Below are positions 53,455 through 61,575 of a DNA stretch of 64,000 bases, piece after piece. Position 1 is the stretch's first letter; every line of letters starts with the position of its first letter. Under the pieces are notes generated by a model. The model had not been told where the DNA came from. It did no database searches and worked only from the letters and a program-made list of their open reading frames with translations. The stretch covers positions 1,602 through 65,601 of the forward strand of contig JAJZTK010000002.1 in NCBI GenBank assembly GCA_021849045.1, in the 5' to 3' direction. The translations under genes were made by a program, and so were the position numbers. This DNA comes from Deltaproteobacteria bacterium (lineage in GTDB: Bacteria > Desulfobacterota > Desulfuromonadia > Geobacterales > DSM-12255).

Positions 53455-53526
53455 TAACTGGTGACCCGTAACTCGGGAAAAACTTCTCCGAAGCACGAGT
53501 CACCAGTTACCAGTCACGAGTCACAG
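53455..53526. repeat. heptad-periodic imperfect hairpin, GTGACTG family, in the gcvH-gcvPA spacer
   Basis: Left arm TAACTGGTGACCCGT (53455-53469) pairs with ACGAGTCACCAGTTA (53495-53509), 14 bp with 1 mismatch and a 25-nt loop. The right side continues as heptamers TCACCAG TTACCAG TCACGAG TCACAG into the gcvH stop codon. Confidence 0.7.
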
Positions 53527-53892
53527 ATTCTTAAGGTATTCCTCGTACTGGGCTTTGGTCATCAGGTTTTGCAGTTCGGACAGGTCGGTTGCCTCCATTA
53601 CGGCGATCCAGCCGGCGTCTTCCGGGGCGTCGTTGACAATTTCCGGGGTGGTTTCCAGTGCCTCGTTGACCGTCACCACCTTGCCGGAAACCGGCGCGTA
53701 GATGTCGCTGGCCGCCTTGACCGACTCGATGCCGGCCAGGACCTCGAACTGCTTGACGCTTTTGCCCACTGCCGGCAGCTCAACGAAGGTGATGTCTCCC
53801 AGTTCATGGGCCGCATGCTCGCTGATGCCGATAGTGGCGATGCCGTCCTTGACCTTGACCCACTCGTGTTCTTTGCTGAAGAAAATTTCCAT
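53521..53892 (-). CDS. gcvH: glycine cleavage system protein H
   Basis: 123 aa with the lipoyl-lysine motif GIESVKAASDIYAPVSG. An AGGAGGG SD is present. Confidence 0.93.
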   Translation of the reverse strand: MEIFFSKEHEWVKVKDGIATIGISEHAAHELGDITFVELPAVGKSVKQFEVLAGIESVKAASDIYAPVSGKVVTVNEALETTPEIVNDAPEDAGWIAVMEATDLSELQNLMTKAQYEEYLKNL

Positions 53893-53951
53893 ATTCCCTC
53901 CTGATGGAATTGATAATTGGCCTTGATCGGTGCTGATCTTCAGCTTAAGCG

Positions 53952-53989
53952 AAAAACCATTCCCTTCCCCCTGAGGGAGAAGGGAATGG
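53952..53989 (-). terminator. hairpin plus U5 between gcvT and gcvH (intra-operon terminator/attenuator candidate)
   Basis: CCATTCCCTTC (53957-53967) pairs with GAAGGGAATGG (53979-53989), an 11-bp perfect stem with inner CCC/GGG. On the minus strand it is followed by TTTTT (53952-53956). Confidence 0.5.
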
Positions 53990-54012
53990 CAACTCAGAGA
54001 TACTGAGCCGGA

Positions 54013-55104
54013 CTACGATCTCAGCGAGCCACCCTTGTAGAACGGCAGGTCGCACACCGTTGCCTCCATGGCGACCTTCTCGTGGCTGATGGTGAGCGGG
54101 GTGCCGGTTTGTGCCAGTGCCGGCGGGACGAAGCCGAGGCCGATGCCGTAGCCGAGCATGGGGGAGAAGACGCCGCTGGTCACCTCACCGATTGTATCGG
54201 AGCCGCTGACGATGCTGTAGCCGTGGCGAGGGGCGCGGCGGGACGAGACGGCAAAGGGGACCTTGATCCGGGTAAGCCCTGCGGTCCGTTGGTCCTCAAG
54301 TGCTCTTTTACCGATGAAAGCCTTGTCAAACTTGACGAACGTCTCCAGGCCGGCCTCCAATGGGGTTATGGTCTCGTCCAGGTCGTTGCCGTAGAGGCTG
54401 TACCCCACCTCCAGGCGGAGCACGTCACGGGCTCCGAGGCCGGCCGGTTTCACCCGGTCGTCGGCGAGCAGCAGGTCCCAGAGCTCGACCACCTTGTTCG
54501 CTGGCAGGAATATTTCGTATCCCAGTTCGCCGGTGTAGCCGGTGCGGCTGATGATGGCGTCGACGCCGAGCAGGGTGGTCTTCATGAACTTGAAGTAGGG
54601 GAGTTGGCCCACTGCCGGGCCGAAGTGGGCGATCATGATCTCCCGGCTGCTCGGTCCCTGCAGGTCGAGTTTGCCGGTGGCGGCCGAGATGTCGGTAAAA
54701 TCGGCGCCTCCCTTCAACCGGGACCGGATCACGCTGAAATCGTTGTCGCTGGTGGCGGCGTTCACCACTACCATCGCCTCGTCCTCGGCCAGGCGGAAGA
54801 CAATCAGGTCGTCGATGATCCCACCCCGGTCGTTCAGGAGAAAGCCGTAGCGGGAACGGCCGACCGGGATGCTTTTGACGGAAAAGGTGAACAGATCCTC
54901 CAGGCCGTCGGCCACCAGATCGCCCCGGAAGATGAACTCGCCCATGTGGCAGATGTCGAAGAGGGCGGCCCGTTCCCGGCACCAGCGGTGTTCGGCGATG
55001 ATGCCGGTATACTGGATCGGCATTTCCCAACCGCCGAACGGGGCCATGAGGGCATGCAATGATTTATGGGCGGCACAGAGGGGGGTATACTTCAGATCGT
55101 CCAT
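54013..55104 (-). CDS. gcvT: glycine cleavage system aminomethyltransferase T
   Basis: ATG 55104 gives MDDLKYTPLCAAHKSLHALMAPFGGWEMPIQY, a typical GcvT N-terminus. The 55140 start would lie inside the predicted promoter. Confidence 0.92.
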   Translation of the reverse strand: MDDLKYTPLCAAHKSLHALMAPFGGWEMPIQYTGIIAEHRWCRERAALFDICHMGEFIFRGDLVADGLEDLFTFSVKSIPVGRSRYGFLLNDRGGIIDDLIVFRLAEDEAMVVVNAATSDNDFSVIRSRLKGGADFTDISAATGKLDLQGPSSREIMIAHFGPAVGQLPYFKFMKTTLLGVDAIISRTGYTGELGYEIFLPANKVVELWDLLLADDRVKPAGLGARDVLRLEVGYSLYGNDLDETITPLEAGLETFVKFDKAFIGKRALEDQRTAGLTRIKVPFAVSSRRAPRHGYSIVSGSDTIGEVTSGVFSPMLGYGIGLGFVPPALAQTGTPLTISHEKVAMEATVCDLPFYKGGSLRS

Positions 55105-55138
55105 ATGGAGGCGCTCCGGCGGGGATTTAGTGGGGCAC

Positions 55139-55167
55139 ACTGTAGAATATTTGCCGCCCTTTGTAAA
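55139..55167 (-). promoter_or_regulatory. candidate sigma70-type promoter for the gcv operon
   Basis: The minus strand reads TTTACA-N17-TACAGT. It leaves only about a 27-nt leader before ATG 55104. Confidence 0.35.
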
Positions 55168-55209
55168 CTGATTTTCAGGGAGCCGTTAGCAGGTCCAACT
55201 GCTCCTATC

Positions 55210-56283
55210 TCAAGGAGTTTGCTGTTCCCGGCCAAAGATCGTCAGACGGTTTTTCCCCAGGCGCTTGCTGGTGTACATTGCCTCGTCGGCCCTGGCCATC
55301 ACTTCCCGCAGGTCGTTGCCATCCCCGGGAAAGGAGGCGATGCCGGCCGAGAGGGTGGAGCGCAGTTCGAGTCCACCCACGGTGAACGGCGTCTCTGCCA
55401 GGGCCGTTACGATCCGCTCCACCGGCACCCGGGCGTTATCGGTCGTTGTCTCGTTGAAGAGGATAATGAATTCGTCGCCACCATAGCGGGCAGCAATGTC
55501 GCTGGCGCGGACGTGCCGGCGGATGATGTCCGCCACGTGACGGATCAGGGCCGTTCCTGCCAGGTGTCCGTGGCGGTCGTTGATCTGTTTCAGGTTGTCG
55601 GCGTCCAGCATGCAGACGGCAAAGGCCTTCTGATGACGCTGGGCCAGCTTTTCCTGGACGACTGCCAGGTTGGTGAAGTTGCGCATGTTGTGGAGCCCGG
55701 TCACCTCATCGGTGAGTGATAGCCGCTCCACCTCTTCCCGGGCGGATTCCGCCTCGCCGGCCAGCATCGCCCCCAGGTGGGCGATGAGCATGAAGGGGAA
55801 GAGCTGAAGCAGGTGGGAGAGGGAGCGGTATTCGTCCAGCCAGCCTGACAGGTTGCCGGTTGCCAGGTAAACGTAGGAACTGATGGTCAAGGCGGCCATG
55901 AAATAGGTGATCCGTTTACCCTGCGTCAGGGCTGTGGCCATCAGGATCAGGTAGATGAGGGAGATGAACGGGCTGGAAACCCTGCCGGTGAACCAACAGA
56001 TGCCAACGACAAAGGCGAGAAAAACCATCAGGTCGATGAAGGTCTTGATCCGGCCGGACCGGCCCGGGAACACCAGATAGCGGGCCGCTGCGTTGTAGAT
56101 GAACAGCAGCAGGCTGAGGAGGACAAGTGGCATCACTCCCCGGTCGTCCGGCGGGAGCAGCTTGATGTGGAGCGCCACCAGGGCGATGAGCAGCCAGGAG
56201 ATATTCCCCATAATCCGGTCGTAACCGGCAAAGCGGTTTTTTGCCGAGGTTTTCCGTCCCTCTGTTCCGTGCAGGCGATCCAT
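55210..56283 (-). CDS. membrane-bound diguanylate cyclase (GGDEF domain)
   Basis: The N-terminal half has about 5-6 TM segments. The GGDEF active site is RYGGDEFIILF, with an RxxD I-site (RASD) five residues upstream. ATG 56283 lies 7 nt after the upstream stop; the longer track ORF overlaps that gene. Confidence 0.85.
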   Translation of the reverse strand: MDRLHGTEGRKTSAKNRFAGYDRIMGNISWLLIALVALHIKLLPPDDRGVMPLVLLSLLLFIYNAAARYLVFPGRSGRIKTFIDLMVFLAFVVGICWFTGRVSSPFISLIYLILMATALTQGKRITYFMAALTISSYVYLATGNLSGWLDEYRSLSHLLQLFPFMLIAHLGAMLAGEAESAREEVERLSLTDEVTGLHNMRNFTNLAVVQEKLAQRHQKAFAVCMLDADNLKQINDRHGHLAGTALIRHVADIIRRHVRASDIAARYGGDEFIILFNETTTDNARVPVERIVTALAETPFTVGGLELRSTLSAGIASFPGDGNDLREVMARADEAMYTSKRLGKNRLTIFGREQQTP

Positions 56284-56290
56284 GGGTGTG

Positions 56291-57904
56291 TTACCGAACC
56301 TCTTCCTTTCCGGTGATAAATCGCCAGCCGGTACCGGCGATGTCCACCAGGCCGTCCAGGGTTCGGCGGTAGAACTTGCGCACCGGCATCCGGTTGAGCA
56401 GGAGGCCGCCGTCACCCTGTTCCAGCCTGACCAGGTCACCCGGGAGGATCTTGATTACTTCCTGGTAGTTTTCGCCGCCGATGCCGAACAGGAAGCGAAA
56501 TTTCCGGCCCTTGGCCTGGCAGGCGACAATAATGACCGTGGCCTGCGGATCGCCGCTCTGGTAGTCGAAACGGGTGGAGGCGGTGACGAAGGTCCCTTCC
56601 ACTGCCCCGGATACAGCCAGGAGATGGTCAACGGTAACCTCCTTCGGCTTCAATGAGCCGAGGGGCGGGAGCCCCCACGGCCGGTACGGGTGCGGATTCC
56701 TTGCCGCATGGTGGGAGCTTCGCTCCAGGAGGATGACCACGTTGTTGTTGATGGGGCCGCCGATGGAGTGGGACAGCCCGGCCTGAAACCGTCCTTCCCG
56801 GATCATGCGGTGGTTCTCCACCACCTGGATCATGCCGGTGGCGCCCAGCGGGTGTCCCCGTCCCTTGAGTCCGCCGGTCAGGTTGGTGGGGAACATTCCC
56901 CGTTCGCCGGTGAGGCGGTCGTCCAGGAGCCCGTCCAGCAGTCGGCGGCGTGGCAGTAGTCCCAGGTCGACCATGTTGATCGGACCGAAACCGTTGAACG
57001 GGTCGTGCATGTTCACGTGCAGTTTGCCGGCGAAGCTGCGGATATTCCCGATCCCGGCCATGGCGTACGCTTCGGCCGCGGCCCGGACAGTGGCCGGGAA
57101 GGAGTGGAAATAGTTCCGGTCGGCGATGGTGGGGATGTCGGTGGCGCTCCCCACTCCGGCCACCAGGGTCTCCTGGGGGCTGGAGGTGAGGATGACGGCC
57201 GCCACGCCGTCGGACATGGGGCAGTAGTCGTGGTAGCGGAGCGGCCACCAGTAGCGGTAATTCTTGCCGGTGACGATCTGACGGTAATAGTCGGCGACCG
57301 GGATCTCGAAGCGGAGGTGGGCCTCGGGATTGCGTGACGAGAAGCGGTGTGCCCGCTCGGTGAGCATGGCCGAGAAGGCGGTCCACTCGGTAGGGGTGAG
57401 GCGGAGCCGCTCCATGAGCGCCCTGGCCACCAGGGCGCCGCAGGCGGGCATGGTGAGACCGAACTCGGCCTCGTCCCGGTCGATGACGCCGGCAACGATC
57501 CGGGTCGCCTCCGGGGTGGGGGCATCGCTCATCTTCTGGATGCCGATGGCCAGCACATGATCGCACCGCCCCGAAGCCACCTGCAGGTACGCCTCTTCCA
57601 GGGCCGAGGCACCGGACGACGAGGCGGTATCGATGAGTACCGACTTTGCCCCGGAGATGCCGAGCACGCCGGAGATCTTGGCGGCCGTGTTGTCCACCCC
57701 GGAAAAGGCGGCCGGGTTCTGGGAACCGACCACGACGGCGTCGATCTCACGCCGGCGAATCGGGCTGTCGCCGAAGATGGCATCGACCCTGGCGGCCAGT
57801 TCCAGGAAGGTGCAGGCGCCGAGCTCTTTCGCGGTGTACCGCCCCACCGGTGCCATCCAGGAAGCGGCAACGTAGACCTTTCTCGGCGTGAATGCAGGTT
57901 TCAT
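56291..57904 (-). CDS. thiolase-like protein with about 150-aa C-terminal extension; nucleophile position reads Ser
   Basis: ATG 57904 is preceded by GAGGAG. It has a thiolase fold (SQNPAAFSG..., GGLKGRGHPLGATGMIQ). Where SCP-x/archaeal-type thiolases read ACASG, this reads IDTASSSGASAL. The C-terminal 150 aa are unassigned. Confidence 0.7.
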   Translation of the reverse strand: MKPAFTPRKVYVAASWMAPVGRYTAKELGACTFLELAARVDAIFGDSPIRRREIDAVVVGSQNPAAFSGVDNTAAKISGVLGISGAKSVLIDTASSSGASALEEAYLQVASGRCDHVLAIGIQKMSDAPTPEATRIVAGVIDRDEAEFGLTMPACGALVARALMERLRLTPTEWTAFSAMLTERAHRFSSRNPEAHLRFEIPVADYYRQIVTGKNYRYWWPLRYHDYCPMSDGVAAVILTSSPQETLVAGVGSATDIPTIADRNYFHSFPATVRAAAEAYAMAGIGNIRSFAGKLHVNMHDPFNGFGPINMVDLGLLPRRRLLDGLLDDRLTGERGMFPTNLTGGLKGRGHPLGATGMIQVVENHRMIREGRFQAGLSHSIGGPINNNVVILLERSSHHAARNPHPYRPWGLPPLGSLKPKEVTVDHLLAVSGAVEGTFVTASTRFDYQSGDPQATVIIVACQAKGRKFRFLFGIGGENYQEVIKILPGDLVRLEQGDGGLLLNRMPVRKFYRRTLDGLVDIAGTGWRFITGKEEVR

Positions 57905-58062
57905 GCGATCTCCTCGCACTCTAGTGTGTGGATCATCAGGCATGCCGGATGACATCTAGTGTACCGAATAACGCCTGCGCGGCAAGTGCGGCAAGACGGG
58001 ACTTGCCAGCGGGCGGGCACTCTGTTAATTTCTGGACTGATTACAGCACAAGGGGGCTCGCT

Positions 58063-58417
58063 ATGGCGGTGCAGTTGAAGAATGTGGTGGTATTCGTCCG
58101 TGACCTGGCCGCGGCCAAGGTGTTCTATCTGGAGCGGCTGAAGCTGCCGCTTGCCCAGGAGAGTCAGATGATGATGGAGTTCTTTCCGGGGGGGGGGTAC
58201 CACCTTCGGGGTGGCATTGGCCGTGCATGAGGCTGCCTTTCCCTTGGTTGGCCGGCATACCGGCGTGACACTCAGGGTGGACGACATGGAAGGGCTCTGC
58301 CGGGAGCTGGAAGCAAGCGGCGTGAAGTTTGCCGAACCGCCGGAACGCTCGCCGTGGGGCACCATGGCGGTGGTGGAAGACCCGGACGGAAACCAGGTCG
58401 CCCTGGTGGACCGATAG
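58063..58417 (+). pseudogene. VOC/glyoxalase-family gene interrupted by a +1 frameshift in a G10 tract
   Basis: MAVQLKNVVVFVRDLAAAKVFYLERLKLPLAQESQMMMEFFPGGG (frame 1) continues as TTFGVALAVHEAAFPLVGRHTGVTLRVDDMEGLCRELEASGVKFAEPPERSPWGTMAVVEDPDGNQVALVDR in the next frame after G10 (58188-58197). A G9 tract would give one 117-aa VOC protein. Confidence 0.7.
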
Positions 58418-58442
58418 ATTCCATCCGACAGGAGGGGGAACG

Positions 58443-58907
58443 ATGAAAATTGTCGATCGTCGGCTGCTCGATCAGCTTTCTGCTCAGGCGCGGGAGAATC
58501 CACGACTGCGCAAGAACTGGAACATCCACCCAAGCGACGACTTCTGTTGCCACCGGCTCTTGAATGCCATTGAACCCGGTTCCTACATCCGACCCCATCG
58601 CCACCTGGATCCGACCAAGGACGAGACCTTTGTGATCGTGCGCGGCCGGTTGGGGGTAATCCTTTTCGACGAGGCGGGTCTGTTGGCCAAAAAGATCCTT
58701 CTGGCGGCGGACGGCGATACCCTGGCGGTTGACATCCCGCACGGCATCTTCCATGCCGCGGTGAGCCTCGCACCGGGTACGGTCTTCTTCGAGGCAAAGG
58801 CAGGCCCCTACCTGCCGCTGGCGGACGGTGAAAAGGCGGTCTGGGCGCCGGAGGATGGCACTGCTGACGTGGCTCCCTATCTGGCAAGCCTGGCCGCACT
58901 GTTTTGA
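58443..58907 (+). CDS. cupin-fold protein, WbuC-like
   Basis: 154 aa with HRLLNAIEPGSYIRPHRH...KDETFVIVRGRLGVILFDEAG, which matches my memory of WbuC-family cupins. An AGGAGG SD is present. Confidence 0.6.
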   Translation: MKIVDRRLLDQLSAQARENPRLRKNWNIHPSDDFCCHRLLNAIEPGSYIRPHRHLDPTKDETFVIVRGRLGVILFDEAGLLAKKILLAADGDTLAVDIPHGIFHAAVSLAPGTVFFEAKAGPYLPLADGEKAVWAPEDGTADVAPYLASLAALF

Positions 58908-58915
58908 GACGGGAG

Positions 58916-59539
58916 ATGGGCCGGTCCACCCTCATCGCCATATTGCTGGCGACCGTTCTCGCGGTAGCGGTTTCGGCCGGTGCCAGCCAGCGTCCGGCAG
59001 TCCGCCCGTTTGCCGGTATCGGCCTGCTGGTCGTCCGGTCCGTTGTGCCCGACGAGGCCGCCGGCCCGATCCCGCTGTACCGGAAACCGGGAATTGACCG
59101 GATCGTCGAGATCCCGCCGGCACGGCTTCCCGCGCTTGATGCGGTGATGGTGACGCCGGCGGGGGAGAGGCGGGCCGTGGTGATGGGGGTGCGCGACCAG
59201 TGGTGCCGGATCATTTACGACGACGCCGATCGGGAGGGGTGGCTGGAGATGCCCCGTTCCTGGCAGTTCCTGCCATGGGAAAGGTTCCTCAAAGGGCGCT
59301 TCGTCAGGTTCCTGCCGGGACTGCGCAAAGGTTTCGGCGTTGTCCGGCAGGGGGGCGACGATGCTGCCCCCGAACTGGCAACACCTGCGCGGGGCTCCCA
59401 GTTCAGGGTCCTGCGGGTGGACGACGATTGGGCACAGGTGATGGTGGAGTACACGCGGATTGGCTGGCTTCGCTGGCGCGACCGTGACGGCCGCTTCCTC
59501 ATTGCCGTGGTGGAGCATGCCGCGACACAAAACCGTTGA
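58916..59539 (+). CDS. secreted hypothetical protein with two SH3b-like repeats
   Basis: Signal peptide MGRSTLIAILLATVLAVAVSAGA. Two segments fit the SH3b pattern (DQWCRIIYDDADREGWLE and DDWAQVMVEYTRIGWLR). The start is uncertain (TTG 58904 or ATG 58916). Confidence 0.5.
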   Translation: MGRSTLIAILLATVLAVAVSAGASQRPAVRPFAGIGLLVVRSVVPDEAAGPIPLYRKPGIDRIVEIPPARLPALDAVMVTPAGERRAVVMGVRDQWCRIIYDDADREGWLEMPRSWQFLPWERFLKGRFVRFLPGLRKGFGVVRQGGDDAAPELATPARGSQFRVLRVDDDWAQVMVEYTRIGWLRWRDRDGRFLIAVVEHAATQNR

Positions 59540-59687
59540 CCAACCGTCGGCTATATGGTATTCGGGTTAGCCATGTTCAGGGTATCCGGTATAGCAGCAG
59601 CAATTCGAGCTACCATCGCCGCGGCGATCGACGCCGCAGGTCTGCCCGCTGCCCGATCATGAACTGACGACTGAGTTCAAGCATACC

Positions 59688-59720
59688 AGAGGCCGTGGGC
59701 GTTCCCCACGGCCTCTTTCC
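59688..59720 (+). terminator. strong hairpin with weak U-tract 30 nt upstream of the aminotransferase start
   Basis: AGAGGCCGTGGG (59688-59699) pairs with CCCACGGCCTCT (59705-59716), a 12-bp perfect stem. It is followed by TTCCATTT. Confidence 0.5.
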
Positions 59721-59749
59721 ATTTCAAGCATATTTTTAACGGAGGCAGC

Positions 59750-61054
59750 ATGCGTACAGATCTGGTAAGGCCCGGTGCCGGCGAGATGACCTATGAAATC
59801 CGCAACATCGTCAATGTGGCGGAAAAGCTCCAGAAGCACGGGGTTGCCATCAACTGGGAGAACATCGGCGACCCGATCGTCAAGGGAGAACTGATCCCCC
59901 AATGGATGAAGGAAATCGTGGCCAGGGAGGCCATGCACAACGACACCTGGGGATATTGCCATACCCGCGGGGTGCTGGAGACCCGGGAGTATGTCTGCGA
60001 GCTGACCAATCGCCGGGGCGGCGCCCGCATCACCCCCGATGACATCATCTTCTTCAACGGCCTTGGTGACGCCATTGCCAAAATTTACGGCTGCCTCCGT
60101 CCGGAGAGCCGCGTGCTGATGCCGTCCCCGACCTATACCACCCATACCCTGGGAGAATCCGGCAACGCCCATGCCGCGCCGATCTGCTACCAGCTGAACC
60201 CCGAAGACAACTGGGCACCGGACCTGGAGGACCTGCGCAACCACGTCAGGTACAATCCCCAGATAGTCGCCATCATGCTGATCAACCCGGATAACCCGAC
60301 CGGCATGGTCTATCCCGAGGAGACCCTCCGGAAGATCGTGGCGGTTGCCAGGGAGTACGATCTCTTCGTTATCGCCGACGAGGTGTACAACAATATCGTC
60401 TATAACGGGCAGAAGACGGTGCCGATCTCCGACGTGATCGGCGATGTCCCGGCCATTGCCCTGAAGGGGATATCGAAGGAGTTCCCCTGGCCCGGCTCCC
60501 GCTGCGGGTGGATCGAGGTCTACAACGCGGACAGGGACGAGCGGTTCCGGAAGTATGTGACCGCCATCCTCACCACCAAGATGAACGAGGTCTGTTCCAC
60601 CACCCTCCCCCAGAAGTGCATTCCGGCCATCATGAGCCACCCGGAGTATCCGGTCTACCTGGATGAGCGGATCAGGCGCTATGAGCAGTTGAGCAACATC
60701 ACCTACAACTTCCTCCGGGAGGTGCCGGGGCTGAACGTCAACCGGACCAACGGCGCCTTCTACATGTCGGTGGCGTTTCACGACGGGCTCCTCAACAGTC
60801 GCCAGTCCCTTCCCATTGAGAAGCCCGAGGTAAAGGAGCTGGTGGAGTCCCTGGTGAGCGGGGCGAACGTCTCTCCTGACAAGCGTTTCGTCTATTACAT
60901 CCTGGCCCATACCGGCATCTGCGTTGTGCCGCTCTCCTCCTTCAATACCAGTCTCCAGGGATTCCGGGTGACCCTCCTCGAGCGGGACCTGAAGGAGTGC
61001 GAGCGGATCTACCATACCCTGGCGCAGAAGATCGATCAGTACCTTAATTCGTGA
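59750..61054 (+). CDS. class I/II PLP-dependent aminotransferase (alanine/aspartate aminotransferase-like)
   Basis: 434 aa with INPDNPTG and the PLP-lysine context ALKGISKEFPWPGSRCGW. An ACGGAGG SD is present. Confidence 0.88.
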   Translation: MRTDLVRPGAGEMTYEIRNIVNVAEKLQKHGVAINWENIGDPIVKGELIPQWMKEIVAREAMHNDTWGYCHTRGVLETREYVCELTNRRGGARITPDDIIFFNGLGDAIAKIYGCLRPESRVLMPSPTYTTHTLGESGNAHAAPICYQLNPEDNWAPDLEDLRNHVRYNPQIVAIMLINPDNPTGMVYPEETLRKIVAVAREYDLFVIADEVYNNIVYNGQKTVPISDVIGDVPAIALKGISKEFPWPGSRCGWIEVYNADRDERFRKYVTAILTTKMNEVCSTTLPQKCIPAIMSHPEYPVYLDERIRRYEQLSNITYNFLREVPGLNVNRTNGAFYMSVAFHDGLLNSRQSLPIEKPEVKELVESLVSGANVSPDKRFVYYILAHTGICVVPLSSFNTSLQGFRVTLLERDLKECERIYHTLAQKIDQYLNS

Positions 61055-61071
61055 CTTTTTTCGACTTTAGG

Positions 61072-61115
61072 AAAAGAAAAGAGCGGCGGGGACGACCCGA
61101 CCGCTCTTTTCTTTT
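61072..61115. terminator. bidirectional rho-independent terminator between the aminotransferase and yjbQ
   Basis: AAAAGAAAAGAGCGG (61072-61086) pairs with CCGCTCTTTTCTTTT (61101-61115), with an inner GGG/CCC extension. The A-rich and T-rich flanks give a U-tract on both strands. Confidence 0.7.
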
Positions 61116-61146
61116 GTGTACATGTTGTTGTTTCATTCCTCCGCGA

Positions 61147-61548
61147 TCACACCTCCTGCACCACCGTTACCGCCACCTTGCGCGGGCGGGGACCATCGAA
61201 CTCGCAGAAGAATACGGACTGCCAGGTGCCGAGAAGCGGCTTGCCCCCCTCCACAATGAGTGACAGGGAGCTGCCGGTCAGGGTCGCCTTGATATGGGCG
61301 TCCGAGTTCCCTTCGCGGTGGGTGTAGTAGAGGTCGACCGGAACCCGCTGGTTCAGAAAGGTGATGATATCCCGCTGAACCGCCGGGTCGGCCCCTTCGT
61401 TGACCGTGATGCCGGCTGTGGTGTGGAGGACGAACAGCTGGCAGAGACCGTTTTTGACACCCGATGCCTTGATGACTTCACGGACTTCGGCGGTGATGTC
61501 GATCATCTCCGTCCGGTTCCGGCTCTTCACCTCGATGTAGCGCACCAT
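61147..61548 (-). CDS. yjbQ: YjbQ/UPF0047 family protein (secondary thiamine-phosphate synthase)
   Basis: 133 aa with IDITAEVREVI, LFVLHTTAGITVNEGADP, NSDAHIKATLTGSS and LLGTWQSVFFCEFDGPRPR. An AGGAGG SD is present. Confidence 0.85.
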   Translation of the reverse strand: MVRYIEVKSRNRTEMIDITAEVREVIKASGVKNGLCQLFVLHTTAGITVNEGADPAVQRDIITFLNQRVPVDLYYTHREGNSDAHIKATLTGSSLSLIVEGGKPLLGTWQSVFFCEFDGPRPRKVAVTVVQEV

Positions 61549-61575
61549 GGCAAACCTCCTTGCAGGTGCCCCGAG

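Noticed and set aside
55105-55209. Glycine riboswitch upstream of gcvT.
   Set aside because: Only about 105 nt separate gcvT from the preceding gene. A TTTACA-N17-TACAGT promoter leaves a leader of about 27 nt. I could not find the conserved aptamer core elements (GGAGAG ... ACCGAAGGGGCAA-like) beyond a weak AAGGGCGGCAA match.
35678-61015. Shadow ORFs in the right half (35678-37198 minus, 37787-38632 minus, 38997-40079 minus, 41129-41899 minus, 52476-53450 plus, 54082-55062 plus, 56628-57566 minus, 57901-59214 minus, 59657-61015 minus).
   Set aside because: They overlap confidently assigned genes on the other strand or frame. Their composition is Arg/Pro/Gly-rich and no family was recognised.
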